A stretch of 64,000 nt of DNA from a candidate division WOR-3 bacterium (GTDB lineage Bacteria > Hydrothermota > Tepidihabitantia > SM23-42 > JAOAFX01): positions 17,077 through 81,076 of the forward strand of contig JBBILZ010000004.1 in the NCBI GenBank assembly GCA_037444665.1, given 5' to 3'. The position numbers were made by a program, and so were the translations under genes. This document shows, piece after piece, positions 11,432-20,992 of this stretch. Numbering within the stretch: the first letter of the stretch is position 1; the number at the start of each line of letters is the position of its first letter. The notes beneath the pieces are model-generated. The model saw only the letters and a list, made by a program, of their open reading frames with translations. It did not search any database and was not told the DNA's origin.

Positions 11432-11761
11432 TTACTCCAATTCTTCATCAAGCCATTTTAGATAACCTTCATAACCTGCAACTATTGGCACGGCAATTAT
11501 CTCTGGTGTTTGGTAAGGATGGATTTCTTTTATCACTCTTTCAAGTTCATCATACAAACTCTTTTTACTTTTTATGATACATAGATACTCATCCGCATTT
11601 TCAATCTTTCCTTTCCACCAATAGATGCTCTTTATTGGTCCTAAAATCTGAACACAGCCAGCAAGTCGCTTTTCAACTGCTACATTTGCAATCTTTTCTG
11701 CATCTTCCTTCTTTTCAACAGTCGTAAAAACCTGGATATAATCATCTGCCCCTTGCACCAT
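11432..11761 (-). CDS. cutA: Divalent-cation tolerance protein CutA
   Basis: LAGCVQ..SIYWWKG..HPYQTPEII. Confidence 0.92.
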   Translation of the reverse strand: MVQGADDYIQVFTTVEKKEDAEKIANVAVEKRLAGCVQILGPIKSIYWWKGKIENADEYLCIIKSKKSLYDELERVIKEIHPYQTPEIIAVPIVAGYEGYLKWLDEELE

Positions 11762-11832
11762 AAATCACGCCTCCTTATTAAACCTTTTATAAAAGTTGTA
11801 ACTCAACAAACCTTTATCCATATCTCCAGCAA

Positions 11833-12441
11833 CTAAAATCTATAGCCGATTCCAGCGCCAAGGTTTAATGGATTATGGAAAGCGGGAATCTGGTAGCCTA
11901 CATAAAAGACAAACCCTGGACCTTGTGCCGGACCAAAATTGATAAAAAAATCATAGGGCGCATAAATAGATAAATGAGTTCCGAAGGATAGAATCTTATT
12001 TTTGTCGTCCTTGAAGCCAACCATTAGTTCTGTCCTAACAAGCTCAGGTAATGCAGGGCCTATTGTAAACGAGAAAACATTACGACTTTTGTTTCTGGTT
12101 GCCTCAAATTTATATGCCATATAGAGTGAATAGGCTCTTTTGGGTACTGTACCACTATACTCACCATTTATTATGTATATCAGCAATACATTGGTAAGCC
12201 CAATATTTTCATTAAATCCGTAATTGAAACCAAAACCGCTACATAAACCGCGTGTATTTGCCATTGAATAACTTGATATATTCGAACTATAATCAAAACA
12301 TCTGAATCCAGCAACAGCACCCACCCAACCTGATGAGCCTTTTTTGACCATTGGCGAATCAAATGTTGGCGACATGCAACAAGATAGCAAAACAAGCAAT
12401 ATAAATGCTAAATAAATCTTTGGTTTCTTCTCCCTGTGCAT
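11833..12441 (-). CDS. Hypothetical outer-membrane/lipoprotein, paralog 1
   Basis: AAGGAGG SD; lipobox LLSC; amphipathic beta strands; C-terminal GIGYRF. Confidence 0.6.
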   Translation of the reverse strand: MHREKKPKIYLAFILLVLLSCCMSPTFDSPMVKKGSSGWVGAVAGFRCFDYSSNISSYSMANTRGLCSGFGFNYGFNENIGLTNVLLIYIINGEYSGTVPKRAYSLYMAYKFEATRNKSRNVFSFTIGPALPELVRTELMVGFKDDKNKILSFGTHLSIYAPYDFFINFGPAQGPGFVFYVGYQIPAFHNPLNLGAGIGYRF

Positions 12442-12655
12442 AACAATCCTCCTTGTATGATTATACACTTCTCAATGGATTCTGTCAATAATTCAAAACC
12501 GAGGCTGCGAATAAACTCGGACTCAGTACACCTGAACCACAGCCTGTACCAGGGCAAACTTGCTTTATTGTCTCCAATCTGATGGATTCTTAAGATGCTG
12601 AAATAAATTCAGCATGACAATATCGCTAATCCAAAGTTTTCTGCAACCTTAAATT

Positions 12656-12841
12656 CTACTTGTTTTTACTGATAATTACAACACTTGATGCTTTCAATGA
12701 ATGCGTGAACTTTATCGGTGGAATTTTTACAACAAATTTAACAAGTTCACTATCCCATTTCTCAATGCCTTTCAGTCTCTGTCGGTGGATCACACGCCAG
12801 AAGTATGCCCACCAATCCCAGTTATGAACGATAACCTTCAT
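12656..12841 (-). pseudogene. 5' remnant of a gene, possibly a methyltransferase
   Basis: Promoter plus protein-like first ~40 codons, then degenerates into repeat DNA. Confidence 0.35.
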
Positions 12842-12937
12842 TGCCAAATTTATTATATATAAAATCTAACAGTAAGCAAGCCTGAAGTGACTTGCCAAAA
12901 TAGAGAAAAAGTTCAAATACTAATTTGCAATAAAATT

Positions 12938-12961
12938 GTAGCGTCCGACTTTAGTCGGACG
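12938..12961. repeat. GTAG-type REP hairpin
   Basis: GTAG then CGTCCGACT-TT-AGTCGGACG; related REPs at ~18233, ~29212 and 37814-37838. Confidence 0.7.
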
Positions 12962-13244
12962 AAAAGATTCTCATTTAACTACCTTCAGGGCTAACCTCTG
13001 GTTCTGATAGAACCATCGGTTCTTGAAGAAACCTCTGCCCTACGATTTTTTTTGCAGAACAACCCTTGTGGTTGTCCGAAAGTTCTGAAACAAACCTAAC
13101 TTGAAGCCGTGACAATGGTCAGAGCACGCTCTCTCCTTAAGAGAGGAATCTATAATGAAAAATCAATTATTATTTATTGGAACCTTTCAAATTCCAACAA
13201 GTAAAAAATAATAATAAATTCCTGACCTGAATAACGAAATTTAC

Positions 13245-13274
13245 TTTTCTCGTTTTCTCGAGAAAACGGGAAAA
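13245..13274. repeat. 30-bp palindrome, copy 1
   Basis: TTTTCTCGTTTTC-TCGA-GAAAACGGGAAAA; second copy at 16934. Confidence 0.75.
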
Positions 13275-13414
13275 TGATTGAATTTTCCTTATAAATTGGC
13301 ACCTTTTACAAACTATCTTCTTTCTGCCAGAAAAATGTTGATTTTTTCACATTTTTCAACTATTTCCCGCCTGGCGAAAAAATGTTGAAAAATATAAAAG
13401 GCAGCTTGATTAAA

Positions 13415-14194
13415 TCAGGGGCTTGCCCTACGAGTCTTTTTTGCGATTATTATCATTCTCCTTGAATCATTGGTGAATGGCTTTGAGTCAAAATCACTGA
13501 AAATCTTGTATAATTTCATTCCTGCCCTTGCTAATAGATTTCTCATCTCGGTCGGATTGTAAATCCGGACAAAAAATGACTTATCTTTTCTCTTACCATC
13601 TCTGAATATAATTCTTTTATCATATACCTGACCGGTCAAACTATCAAAGGTATTCCTTTCAATCATTAAATCATTTCCCTTTGTGGTTACGATATACGGC
13701 AGGAAGTTCTTTAAAAAAACATCCCGATTAAAGGTATCAAAGCAGAAAAGACCACCAGGTTTTAATGCGTAGGCGATATTTTTTAAAACCAGAAGATTTT
13801 CATTATCCTCAAAATAACCGAAGGCGGTAAAAATAAGAAGAACCCTATCAAATTTCTCTTTCCACCAAATTTTTCTCATATTCTTTTGAATATAGCAAAC
13901 CTTTAAACCCTTATTTTTTGCTTCATTTTTTGCAATCTTAAGAAACCCCGGACTAATATCAACACCTATCACATCATACCCAAGTTCACTTAAACGATTT
14001 GTATGCCTTCCATGACCACAGGCAAGGTCAAGAATTTTCATTGATTTTCTTAACCCTAATTCCCGAATAAAGAATTGCACCTCTTTTTCAGTCCGTTCTT
14101 CAGTCAACCCATCGCCATAAAAATACAAATAATCATTTGGCTCAAAAACCGCCTTAAAATCAAAGACCGGCTTACAGGAATTTTTAACACCCAT
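13415..14194 (-). CDS. Class I SAM-dependent methyltransferase
   Basis: ILDLACGHGRH, GVDIS, LKPGG. Confidence 0.92.
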   Translation of the reverse strand: MGVKNSCKPVFDFKAVFEPNDYLYFYGDGLTEERTEKEVQFFIRELGLRKSMKILDLACGHGRHTNRLSELGYDVIGVDISPGFLKIAKNEAKNKGLKVCYIQKNMRKIWWKEKFDRVLLIFTAFGYFEDNENLLVLKNIAYALKPGGLFCFDTFNRDVFLKNFLPYIVTTKGNDLMIERNTFDSLTGQVYDKRIIFRDGKRKDKSFFVRIYNPTEMRNLLARAGMKLYKIFSDFDSKPFTNDSRRMIIIAKKTRRASP

Positions 14195-14217
14195 TTTTAT
14201 TCTCCTTTCGCCTGCAG

Positions 14218-14830
14218 CTAAAATCTATAGCCACGCCCAGCGCCAAGGTTTAATGGATTATTGAAATAGGGAATCTGGTAACCAATATAAAGTACAAATC
14301 CCGAACCTTGTGCAGGACTTAGATTGATAAAAAAAATCGTAAGGCGCATACAGAGTTAAATGAGTTCCGAAGCAGAGAATTTCATTTTTATCCCCTTTGA
14401 AGCCAACCATTAGTTCTGCCCTAACAATCTCAGGTAATGCAGGGCCTATTGTTAAAGAGAACACATTACGACTTTTGTTTCTGGTTATCTCAAATTTAGG
14501 GGCAAGATAGAATGAAGGTTTAAATTCCACTTTAGGTTCTATGCCATCATAATAACCATTCATTCCGTATACCAATACTACACCCGTAATCCCGACATTT
14601 TCAGTAAATCCATAATTGAAACCAAAACCACTACATGCACCGCGCGTATTTTCAAGGGAATATTCATCTGGGATGCCATAATCAAAACATCTAAATCCAG
14701 CAACAGCACCCACCCAACCTGATGAACCTTTTTTGACCATCGGCGAATCAAATGTTGGTGAAATGCAAGAGAGAAATACAAGCAATATAATCGCTAAATA
14801 AAAAAGTGCGTTAGGAAAAGTTCTGGCCAA
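14218..14830 (-). pseudogene. Outer-membrane/lipoprotein paralog 2, +1 frameshift near the 3' end
   Basis: Highly similar to 11833-12441; A8 at 14329-14336 versus A7 in the paralog; corrected frame ends LNLGAGRGYRF. Confidence 0.75.
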
Positions 14831-14847
14831 AAAATCCTCCTATTTTA

Positions 14848-15495
14848 CTACCATACGCCAAAATTAGAAAGCAGCGATAGGGTAAGTCCAATGTATAGAG
14901 ATGTTTCACCAAAAGTCCAATATTTCCAATATTTGATTTTATAGTGTATTATGCCGGCTTCCAAGCCCAAACCGAATCTTTTAAAATTACCAGATATCCC
15001 TAAACTCGCGCGGAAATAATCACGCTTCTCAAAATTGAGATACTCAGCAGCCCCCTGTTCCCACACATTAAACCTAAAAGTGCATACACTGCGAAGTCTG
15101 CGTAGTAATGCTGTTCAAATTCTTTTATATGCAAATAGGGCACATAATAAATATACACAGGAACCGATGTGCCTCCCCATTTTCTTATTCTTTCTCGGAG
15201 TCCAATTTCGTTAGTGTATGTTCCAGTAAATGGACCAGCAATTTCAAAACCACTGACCCCGAAACCCAAACCAAATGGTGGTGCAAGGCCTATTGCAACA
15301 AAAACTACTCTACCAAGTAATTTGGGTGGAATCAGACCCCCCCATCAACTAAACCAAAATAAAACATCCCTCTGTTCTATATTCTTCTGCATAAAAAAGA
15401 TTAGGACGAAAAAAAGAAACCAAAATAATCAGGAAAAGAATTCTCGAAAATAGGTTAAAGGCTATGCCAAAACTCCATCTTAATTTCTTTTTCAT
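14848..15495 (-). pseudogene. Degraded outer-membrane-type protein gene
   Basis: Overlapping beta-strand-rich fragments in different frames (15000-15269, 14848-15066); signal-like start near 15495. Confidence 0.5.
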
Positions 15496-15590
15496 TATTT
15501 TTATTTTAATCAAATACTGATAAAGTTCAAGACTTTATTTTAAATAAAAATAATTATATCAGGATTAACTATCTGCAACTGCTTTCTGCA

Positions 15591-16598
15591 TCAATATTTG
15601 GTCAGATAATGTTTAGCAAAATATGGCATCGGTAAAAACAATATAATAATTAGAAGAAGAATAAGCCAAAGGCGTTTTGGGTTTTTTCGCACAATGTATA
15701 AGATGCCGCAATAGAGTGGGATAATGGTTATGCCAGCGAGGATGAGAAGTCCCGGAGTCGCAAGGAATTCCTGCAGCAATTCTAATGGATTACCGCCAAT
15801 CAAAGCTGCAAGTAGTATTAGAACTACACCCAAAATAAGTCCTTTCAGATGCCCACCCTGGTATGGATACAGGTCATTACTCATACCTGTTTTCTGCCGA
15901 ACTTCCTTCTTTTTTGTTTTCACTGTATAAAGTATGCTGGCGAGAACAAGGACGATGAAGAAATAAGTAGCAGGTATCCAAAATCCTCCCGCAATACCTA
16001 AGGCAAGTGGGAAAAATATTATAAATATAATTAGCAGAAGGGGTAGAATTGTTGGCGAACTTTCTGAATGTTTGAAGACATACTTGAATATCCTTCGTGT
16101 CACCCAGATAATAAGCCAGGCGAAGATGACAATCCATGGCATGACAATCTCTAAGTATGAGATAAAGTAGTCCCAGTAGTCTGACTCTTCTCCTATCAGT
16201 TCAGGGAATAACCATTTGATTAGTTTATCTCCCCATTTTCTAATAAACAGAATCTTAAGTAGCAAAAGCAGCAATACCCATACCCACCAAACTCCCCAGT
16301 AACTCCAAACGATGTGCGCAGGAACCGCCCACATTTCAAAAAGAAACGGAACAGAGCTCATCACATAAAAAACGCAATAGAACAAAATTGCAAAAAAAGG
16401 ATAAAAGAATGAATTGCCCCATGATTCTTTATCAAACCAGCGGATCAAAAACGGTCCTAAAACAGTGACACTAACATGTGAAAGTAATGCCATTCCGACT
16501 GCCCCTCTAATATACAATACAACACCGATGGGGATTACAAGAAGATTAAGGAGCGATGCTATAAAGAACCCTATTTCAGGATTATCCTTCTTTTTCAT
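15591..16598 (-). CDS. Multi-pass membrane protein, unknown function
   Basis: About 9-10 hydrophobic segments; GGAG SD. Confidence 0.7.
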   Translation of the reverse strand: MKKKDNPEIGFFIASLLNLLVIPIGVVLYIRGAVGMALLSHVSVTVLGPFLIRWFDKESWGNSFFYPFFAILFYCVFYVMSSVPFLFEMWAVPAHIVWSYWGVWWVWVLLLLLLKILFIRKWGDKLIKWLFPELIGEESDYWDYFISYLEIVMPWIVIFAWLIIWVTRRIFKYVFKHSESSPTILPLLLIIFIIFFPLALGIAGGFWIPATYFFIVLVLASILYTVKTKKKEVRQKTGMSNDLYPYQGGHLKGLILGVVLILLAALIGGNPLELLQEFLATPGLLILAGITIIPLYCGILYIVRKNPKRLWLILLLIIILFLPMPYFAKHYLTKY

Positions 16599-16933
16599 TT
16601 AAATAACTCCATTACGCTACAAAAAACAAATATATTGTTACATTTTCGAATCTTGAATCTCATTGAACACGGTTTCCTTTGGCCATTATTTTTATCTTAC
16701 CTAAATTCTAACAGATTTCAAGTATCTGTTTTAAATCAAAATTTTTTACTAAAATTAAACTATCTTCAATTACCTTCTGCTGGTTCAGAAAATCATAGAT
16801 AACATAATCATCGATTTTAGACCTCAAAACCTCATAGTTCAGACCCCCCAAAAAATAAATCTTTACGACCCCAAAATCCAATTAGAATATAAGAAAAAAC
16901 CCACAAATTCCAAAATTTCAATAATATTATTTT

Positions 16934-16963
16934 TTTTCTCGTTTTCTCGTGAAAACGAGAAAA
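16934..16963. repeat. 30-bp palindrome, copy 2
   Basis: TTTTCTCGTTTTC-TCGT-GAAAACGAGAAAA with perfect 13-bp arms. Confidence 0.75.
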
Positions 16964-17005
16964 GGTTGAAATTCCATAAGAAATCAATCTCGCTAACTCC
17001 AGATT

Positions 17006-17845
17006 TTATTCTGACCTTTGCCAGGACATCATCTTCAGTCTTTTAGTTTCTACAAATCCGGCATTTTTATATAACTCATGTGCCGGATGATTTGATTCAA
17101 AGACACCCAAACTTATACTTGAAAATCCTTTCTCCTTTAAATTTATTATTACCTTGTGCAAAAGCGCCTTTCCATATCCCCTCCCCTGCATTTCTGGATG
17201 AACCATAATATCAAGTATCTCGGGCTTGTCATCTTCAATACAAATAACAACTCCTACATATTTAGATTCCACTTTTCCAACAAAACCAGAACTTTTTTCC
17301 TTAAAAATTTGTTTTATTGACTCAGAGCAATATATATCTAAAAACTCTCTCTGAACCAATTTTTGATAAAAATCATTTTTATAACAAAATTTTTTTAATT
17401 CACAAATAAACCTTGAATGCTCCTCATTTATGTTTTCAAACTCCAATATGGGAACAGTCATTTTTTTATAATGTGCAATATCTAATACCATCATAATATC
17501 TGCATCATATTTAAAGCCAAATTTTTCTAATATCGGAAAATAGTCTTTCAAATTCTGAAAAACTGCAATACCTGAAATTTGGGGCTTCTGGATAAAGAAT
17601 TTAATAAACGATAAAAAAGGTTCTTCTTCTGATGAGAAATTAAAATAACGGAATATCTCAAGTTTACGATATTTCAATTCAACAATTAGGAGCCCAAAAT
17701 TTTGTGCACCCTTCTTGGCGAGATAGAAATGGCAGTAAGGATTTTCACAAAAAGACTTGAGATAATATTCTTCATTCGGCGCAGGATTTATGAGTGGCAA
17801 AATTGATTCCAAAAACTTTTCTCTTTCAATCTCATAAATATCCAT
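17006..17845 (-). CDS. GNAT family acetyltransferase
   Basis: VHPEMQGRGYGKALL, N..A..LY...GF. Confidence 0.85.
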   Translation of the reverse strand: MDIYEIEREKFLESILPLINPAPNEEYYLKSFCENPYCHFYLAKKGAQNFGLLIVELKYRKLEIFRYFNFSSEEEPFLSFIKFFIQKPQISGIAVFQNLKDYFPILEKFGFKYDADIMMVLDIAHYKKMTVPILEFENINEEHSRFICELKKFCYKNDFYQKLVQREFLDIYCSESIKQIFKEKSSGFVGKVESKYVGVVICIEDDKPEILDIMVHPEMQGRGYGKALLHKVIINLKEKGFSSISLGVFESNHPAHELYKNAGFVETKRLKMMSWQRSE

Positions 17846-17902
17846 TTTTTTAAATCCATTTATAAAGGCTATGATACAATCTCAATGTTATTAATTGACT
17901 CA

Positions 17903-18133
17903 TCATATCCCCTCAATCATTACCACCTTGTCCCTTGATTTTTCGCCTTTTATGATTCTTATTGCGCTCTTTTTCACATTGAAATACTCAGCAAGGACCT
18001 CGATCAAAATTTTATTTGCCTTGCCTTCAACAGGTGGGGTAGTGATTTTTATTTTCAAGTAATCTGGCATTTGTATAACTTCATTCTTCTTTGCATTAGG
18101 CACAACCTTTATATTTACTATCTTCACCATCAT
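17903..18133 (-). CDS. DUF167 (YggU/UPF0235) protein
   Basis: VVPNAKK, PPVEGKAN, GEKSRDK. Confidence 0.9.
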   Translation of the reverse strand: MMVKIVNIKVVPNAKKNEVIQMPDYLKIKITTPPVEGKANKILIEVLAEYFNVKKSAIRIIKGEKSRDKVVMIEGI

Positions 18134-18271
18134 TCCTCATCTCTTTAACTATAATGTAGTTCTAAGCATAAATCCTTATCAATTTTGTTAATTATATATG
18201 CTTAGTAAAAAAAGTCAATGCCCAGAAAAAAATACGCGACTAAAGTCGCTACTCTGGAATAAAAGTAAATT

Positions 18272-18390
18272 GTAATAGTTTAGCCACCCTGAAATTGTAG
18301 TTACTTGATTTATCAAGCACCAAAAAGAGCCCAATGAATTGGGCAACTACATTGATTTAATTCCATTTTTTAGAATGCCTAACCTATTAC
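18272..18390. mobile_element. 119-bp MITE-like element with an internal GTAG-REP pair
   Basis: TIRs GTAATAG..CTATTAC; 8-bp direct repeat AGTAAATT at 18264-18271 and 18391-18398; second copy at 62791. Confidence 0.75.
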
Positions 18391-18433
18391 AGTAAATTTC
18401 TGGTTTAAGTGGTCAACAATGAGTCAACTTTTT

Positions 18434-18907
18434 TCAATTCAAAAACATTATCCAGCCATTTAAGACAGAAGCAAAACTTACCCAGAGTATATAAGGAATA
18501 AGTAAGTATGCAGCCGGTGGGGAAACCCTGAAAAATAAAATTATTGTGAACAATATCGCCAGCCAGAGAATGACAATATCAATAAAACCTAACACTGGCG
18601 AACGGAGCCCGAAAAAGAAAACAGACCACAGGATATTCAGAACCAGCTGCACAACAAAAACTATAAAGGCAATCTTCACACCAGGATAAGAAAAGCCTTT
18701 ATGCCAGACAAAATAGAGTGCAATGCCCATAAGGATGAATAGTGTTGTCCAGACCGGTCCAAAGACCCAATTTGGTGGATTGATGACAGGTTTATTTATA
18801 CTCAGATACCAGGTGGCAACCGATTGCCTTGTGGCAAAAGAACCAATAAAGCCTGCCCCAAGGCATATTACTAATGAAATAACAAATTTTATGATATCAA
18901 ATTTCAT
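18434..18907 (-). CDS. tspO: TspO/MBR tryptophan-rich sensory protein
   Basis: WY..INKP..PPNWVFGPVWTTL, LN..WS..FF, PY..W..FA..LN. Confidence 0.92.
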   Translation of the reverse strand: MKFDIIKFVISLVICLGAGFIGSFATRQSVATWYLSINKPVINPPNWVFGPVWTTLFILMGIALYFVWHKGFSYPGVKIAFIVFVVQLVLNILWSVFFFGLRSPVLGFIDIVILWLAILFTIILFFRVSPPAAYLLIPYILWVSFASVLNGWIMFLN

Positions 18908-18916
18908 AATAACCTC

Positions 18917-19663
18917 CTATTTTACTTCTACTGATGCATTTGGATCAAAGGGATTGGTTCTGAGTGCCAGAGAATACAGATAAGGATAATCCTTTTTTAG
19001 ATGTTCAACATATCTGAGCCATTCTTCAATCAGAATTTGATATATGCGAATAATATCTTTTGATAGATGCTGGTAATCGGCATCGGATAAGTCAGTCAAT
19101 TTTTTCCGGTATATTAATTCTTCTGTCAGATGGAATACTGCCCAGAGAAGATTGGTGAATGTTTCGTGTTCAAGTAGATTGGGATTTTCTAATAGGGTGA
19201 GAAGAAAGTCCTTTTTTGATTGGAGAAAATTCCGGAGTCTCTCAAGATCTACATTTTTTGCATCAATCTTAAAATTATGATTCTGTAAATTGTTTTTGAA
19301 CTGTATGAAATCCCTATCTGTCCAATCCCGGTCAATGACAATATCCTTTACAATTTCCTGAGAATTTTCATCAAATCCTGCATACATTCTCACCAGTTCA
19401 TTTCCGACTTCACTGAAGAACACTCCTACAACCATATTCAACTTCTGAAGCAGCGTTTGCTTTTCGCGATAATGGAGTAAACGGTGTATCACAAGTGTAA
19501 CAAGCAAAACCTCAATAAAGACAAAGGCAATATCGCCAATCAGATAGATAAATATATGATGAGGGTCACGGAAGATTAGATAGTGCACAAAATAGGCAAT
19601 AATACTCAGTAAAATCAGGATTATTCCGAAGACCACCTGCCAATCAAAAAATTTCTTTGCCAC
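18917..19663 (-). CDS. Conserved hypothetical membrane protein
   Basis: Two N-terminal TMs; LLENPNLLEHE, YPYLYS..RTNPF. Confidence 0.7.
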   Translation of the reverse strand: MAKKFFDWQVVFGIILILLSIIAYFVHYLIFRDPHHIFIYLIGDIAFVFIEVLLVTLVIHRLLHYREKQTLLQKLNMVVGVFFSEVGNELVRMYAGFDENSQEIVKDIVIDRDWTDRDFIQFKNNLQNHNFKIDAKNVDLERLRNFLQSKKDFLLTLLENPNLLEHETFTNLLWAVFHLTEELIYRKKLTDLSDADYQHLSKDIIRIYQILIEEWLRYVEHLKKDYPYLYSLALRTNPFDPNASVEVK

Positions 19664-19675
19664 GGCTGAGCCTCC

Positions 19676-19945
19676 TTAAATTCCTAAAAATGCAAGGATG
19701 CCGATGATAATAAATATGGCACCTGCAATATAAGAAATCATCCGACGATTAAGTTTTTCCATAATAAATTTACCAAGATACACCGCAAGCAAAGACAATA
19801 TTGCCAGAGCAAAGATTACGCCTAAGAAGACGAGCACACCATTATATTTTGTCGCAAACAATCCTGCAGCAATCTGTGTCTTATCACCCAGTTCAGCAAG
19901 GACTATGGTGATGAAAGGAACAATAAAATCTGCAAACATAGCCAT
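19676..19945 (-). CDS. TMEM165/GDT1 (UPF0016) family, single repeat
   Basis: AELGDKTQ motif, 3 TMs. Confidence 0.75.
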   Translation of the reverse strand: MAMFADFIVPFITIVLAELGDKTQIAAGLFATKYNGVLVFLGVIFALAILSLLAVYLGKFIMEKLNRRMISYIAGAIFIIIGILAFLGI

Positions 19946-20401
19946 CTAATTACTATTACCAAGAGGCCGAACTTTTTCCCATTTTTCAATACCGCCCGAG
20001 ATCTTTTTGAAGATTTTATTAACTCTTATCCTTGTGTGGTTATTAAATTCCTGGCATCTTTTTCTATCCCTGTTCTGTAATTTACACCTTAATAATTTTA
20101 ACTCGTATTCTATCTGCCCTTTTGTAACTGGAATTTTTTCTTTTATCTTCGCATCGGTTTTTAAAATCTTCTTAACATCAAAATTATACCCGCGCTTCTT
20201 TGCTTCTTTAGCGACTTCCAGAAGATAAAGCCCAAGCATTTCTATTGGGTCTTTTGTTTTTTTAAAACGGATAAGTTGAGGATGGTTCTTATAACCACGG
20301 GTCTTGCCCATAAGAACCTTCTGGGCAAGCAATCCTTCACGCCATAAGGCAAGCAACCCTTTTGTATCAAGGTAAACAGGATGTAAAGTCCACAATCTCA
20401 C
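19946..20401 (-). CDS. Pyrimidine-dimer DNA glycosylase/endonuclease V family
   Basis: MRLWTLHP.YLD..GL.ALWRE.LLAQ..L.G...GY.NHPQL.RF. Confidence 0.85.
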   Translation of the reverse strand: MRLWTLHPVYLDTKGLLALWREGLLAQKVLMGKTRGYKNHPQLIRFKKTKDPIEMLGLYLLEVAKEAKKRGYNFDVKKILKTDAKIKEKIPVTKGQIEYELKLLRCKLQNRDRKRCQEFNNHTRIRVNKIFKKISGGIEKWEKVRPLGNSN

Positions 20402-20913
20402 AGTGATTCAGGGTCAACAAATAAATCCACCCAGGGAAGTTTATAGGTAAAAACAATATATAGCAATGCTGAAACAATCAATAGTGCGATAATCGCGACT
20501 TTAAAATTCTTTGTAAAGTCATTCTTTTCAAGATTCTTCTCTATTAAACCGGCGATGATTCCAGCAATGTATGTTACGACGATCGCCCAGAATACCTCTA
20601 AAATTGCTAATGTAAGTTTACCATAAAGTGCTGGAACTAAATACCAGACAAGAAAAATTATCCAGGGAATAACAATCGCTGAAAATAGCCTGGGAAACCA
20701 GAAATTTTTTGTATTTTTCTTGATAAGAATATATTCCACAACGCTGGTGATGAGATATGCCCAGAATGCCATTTTCAGATGCTGGAATATTGATTCATTT
20801 ATTCCGCAAAAAGGTATTAGAAAACGCCATTGTGTCCAGTCATAGCCAAAATGTAGTAAAGAAAAGAACACAAGATAAAGTATTGATTTAATAAAGATAT
20901 TCATAGACAGCAA
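20398..20913 (-). CDS. DUF6512-like membrane protein
   Basis: LHFGYDW...NESIFQHLKM. Confidence 0.6.
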   Translation of the reverse strand: MLSMNIFIKSILYLVFFSLLHFGYDWTQWRFLIPFCGINESIFQHLKMAFWAYLITSVVEYILIKKNTKNFWFPRLFSAIVIPWIIFLVWYLVPALYGKLTLAILEVFWAIVVTYIAGIIAGLIEKNLEKNDFTKNFKVAIIALLIVSALLYIVFTYKLPWVDLFVDPESL

Positions 20914-20992
20914 ATTTTATCCGTATTTTTTTATATGTCAACTGTGTAATATTACTCAAAAATTCCTTATAGAAAGCTAATGCATTTAATTA

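Noticed and set aside
11833..14830. DGR template/variable repeat pair (Avd-like gene in window)
   Set aside because: In the segment compared, differences were mostly synonymous and not adenine-restricted; there are indels; no reverse transcriptase is present
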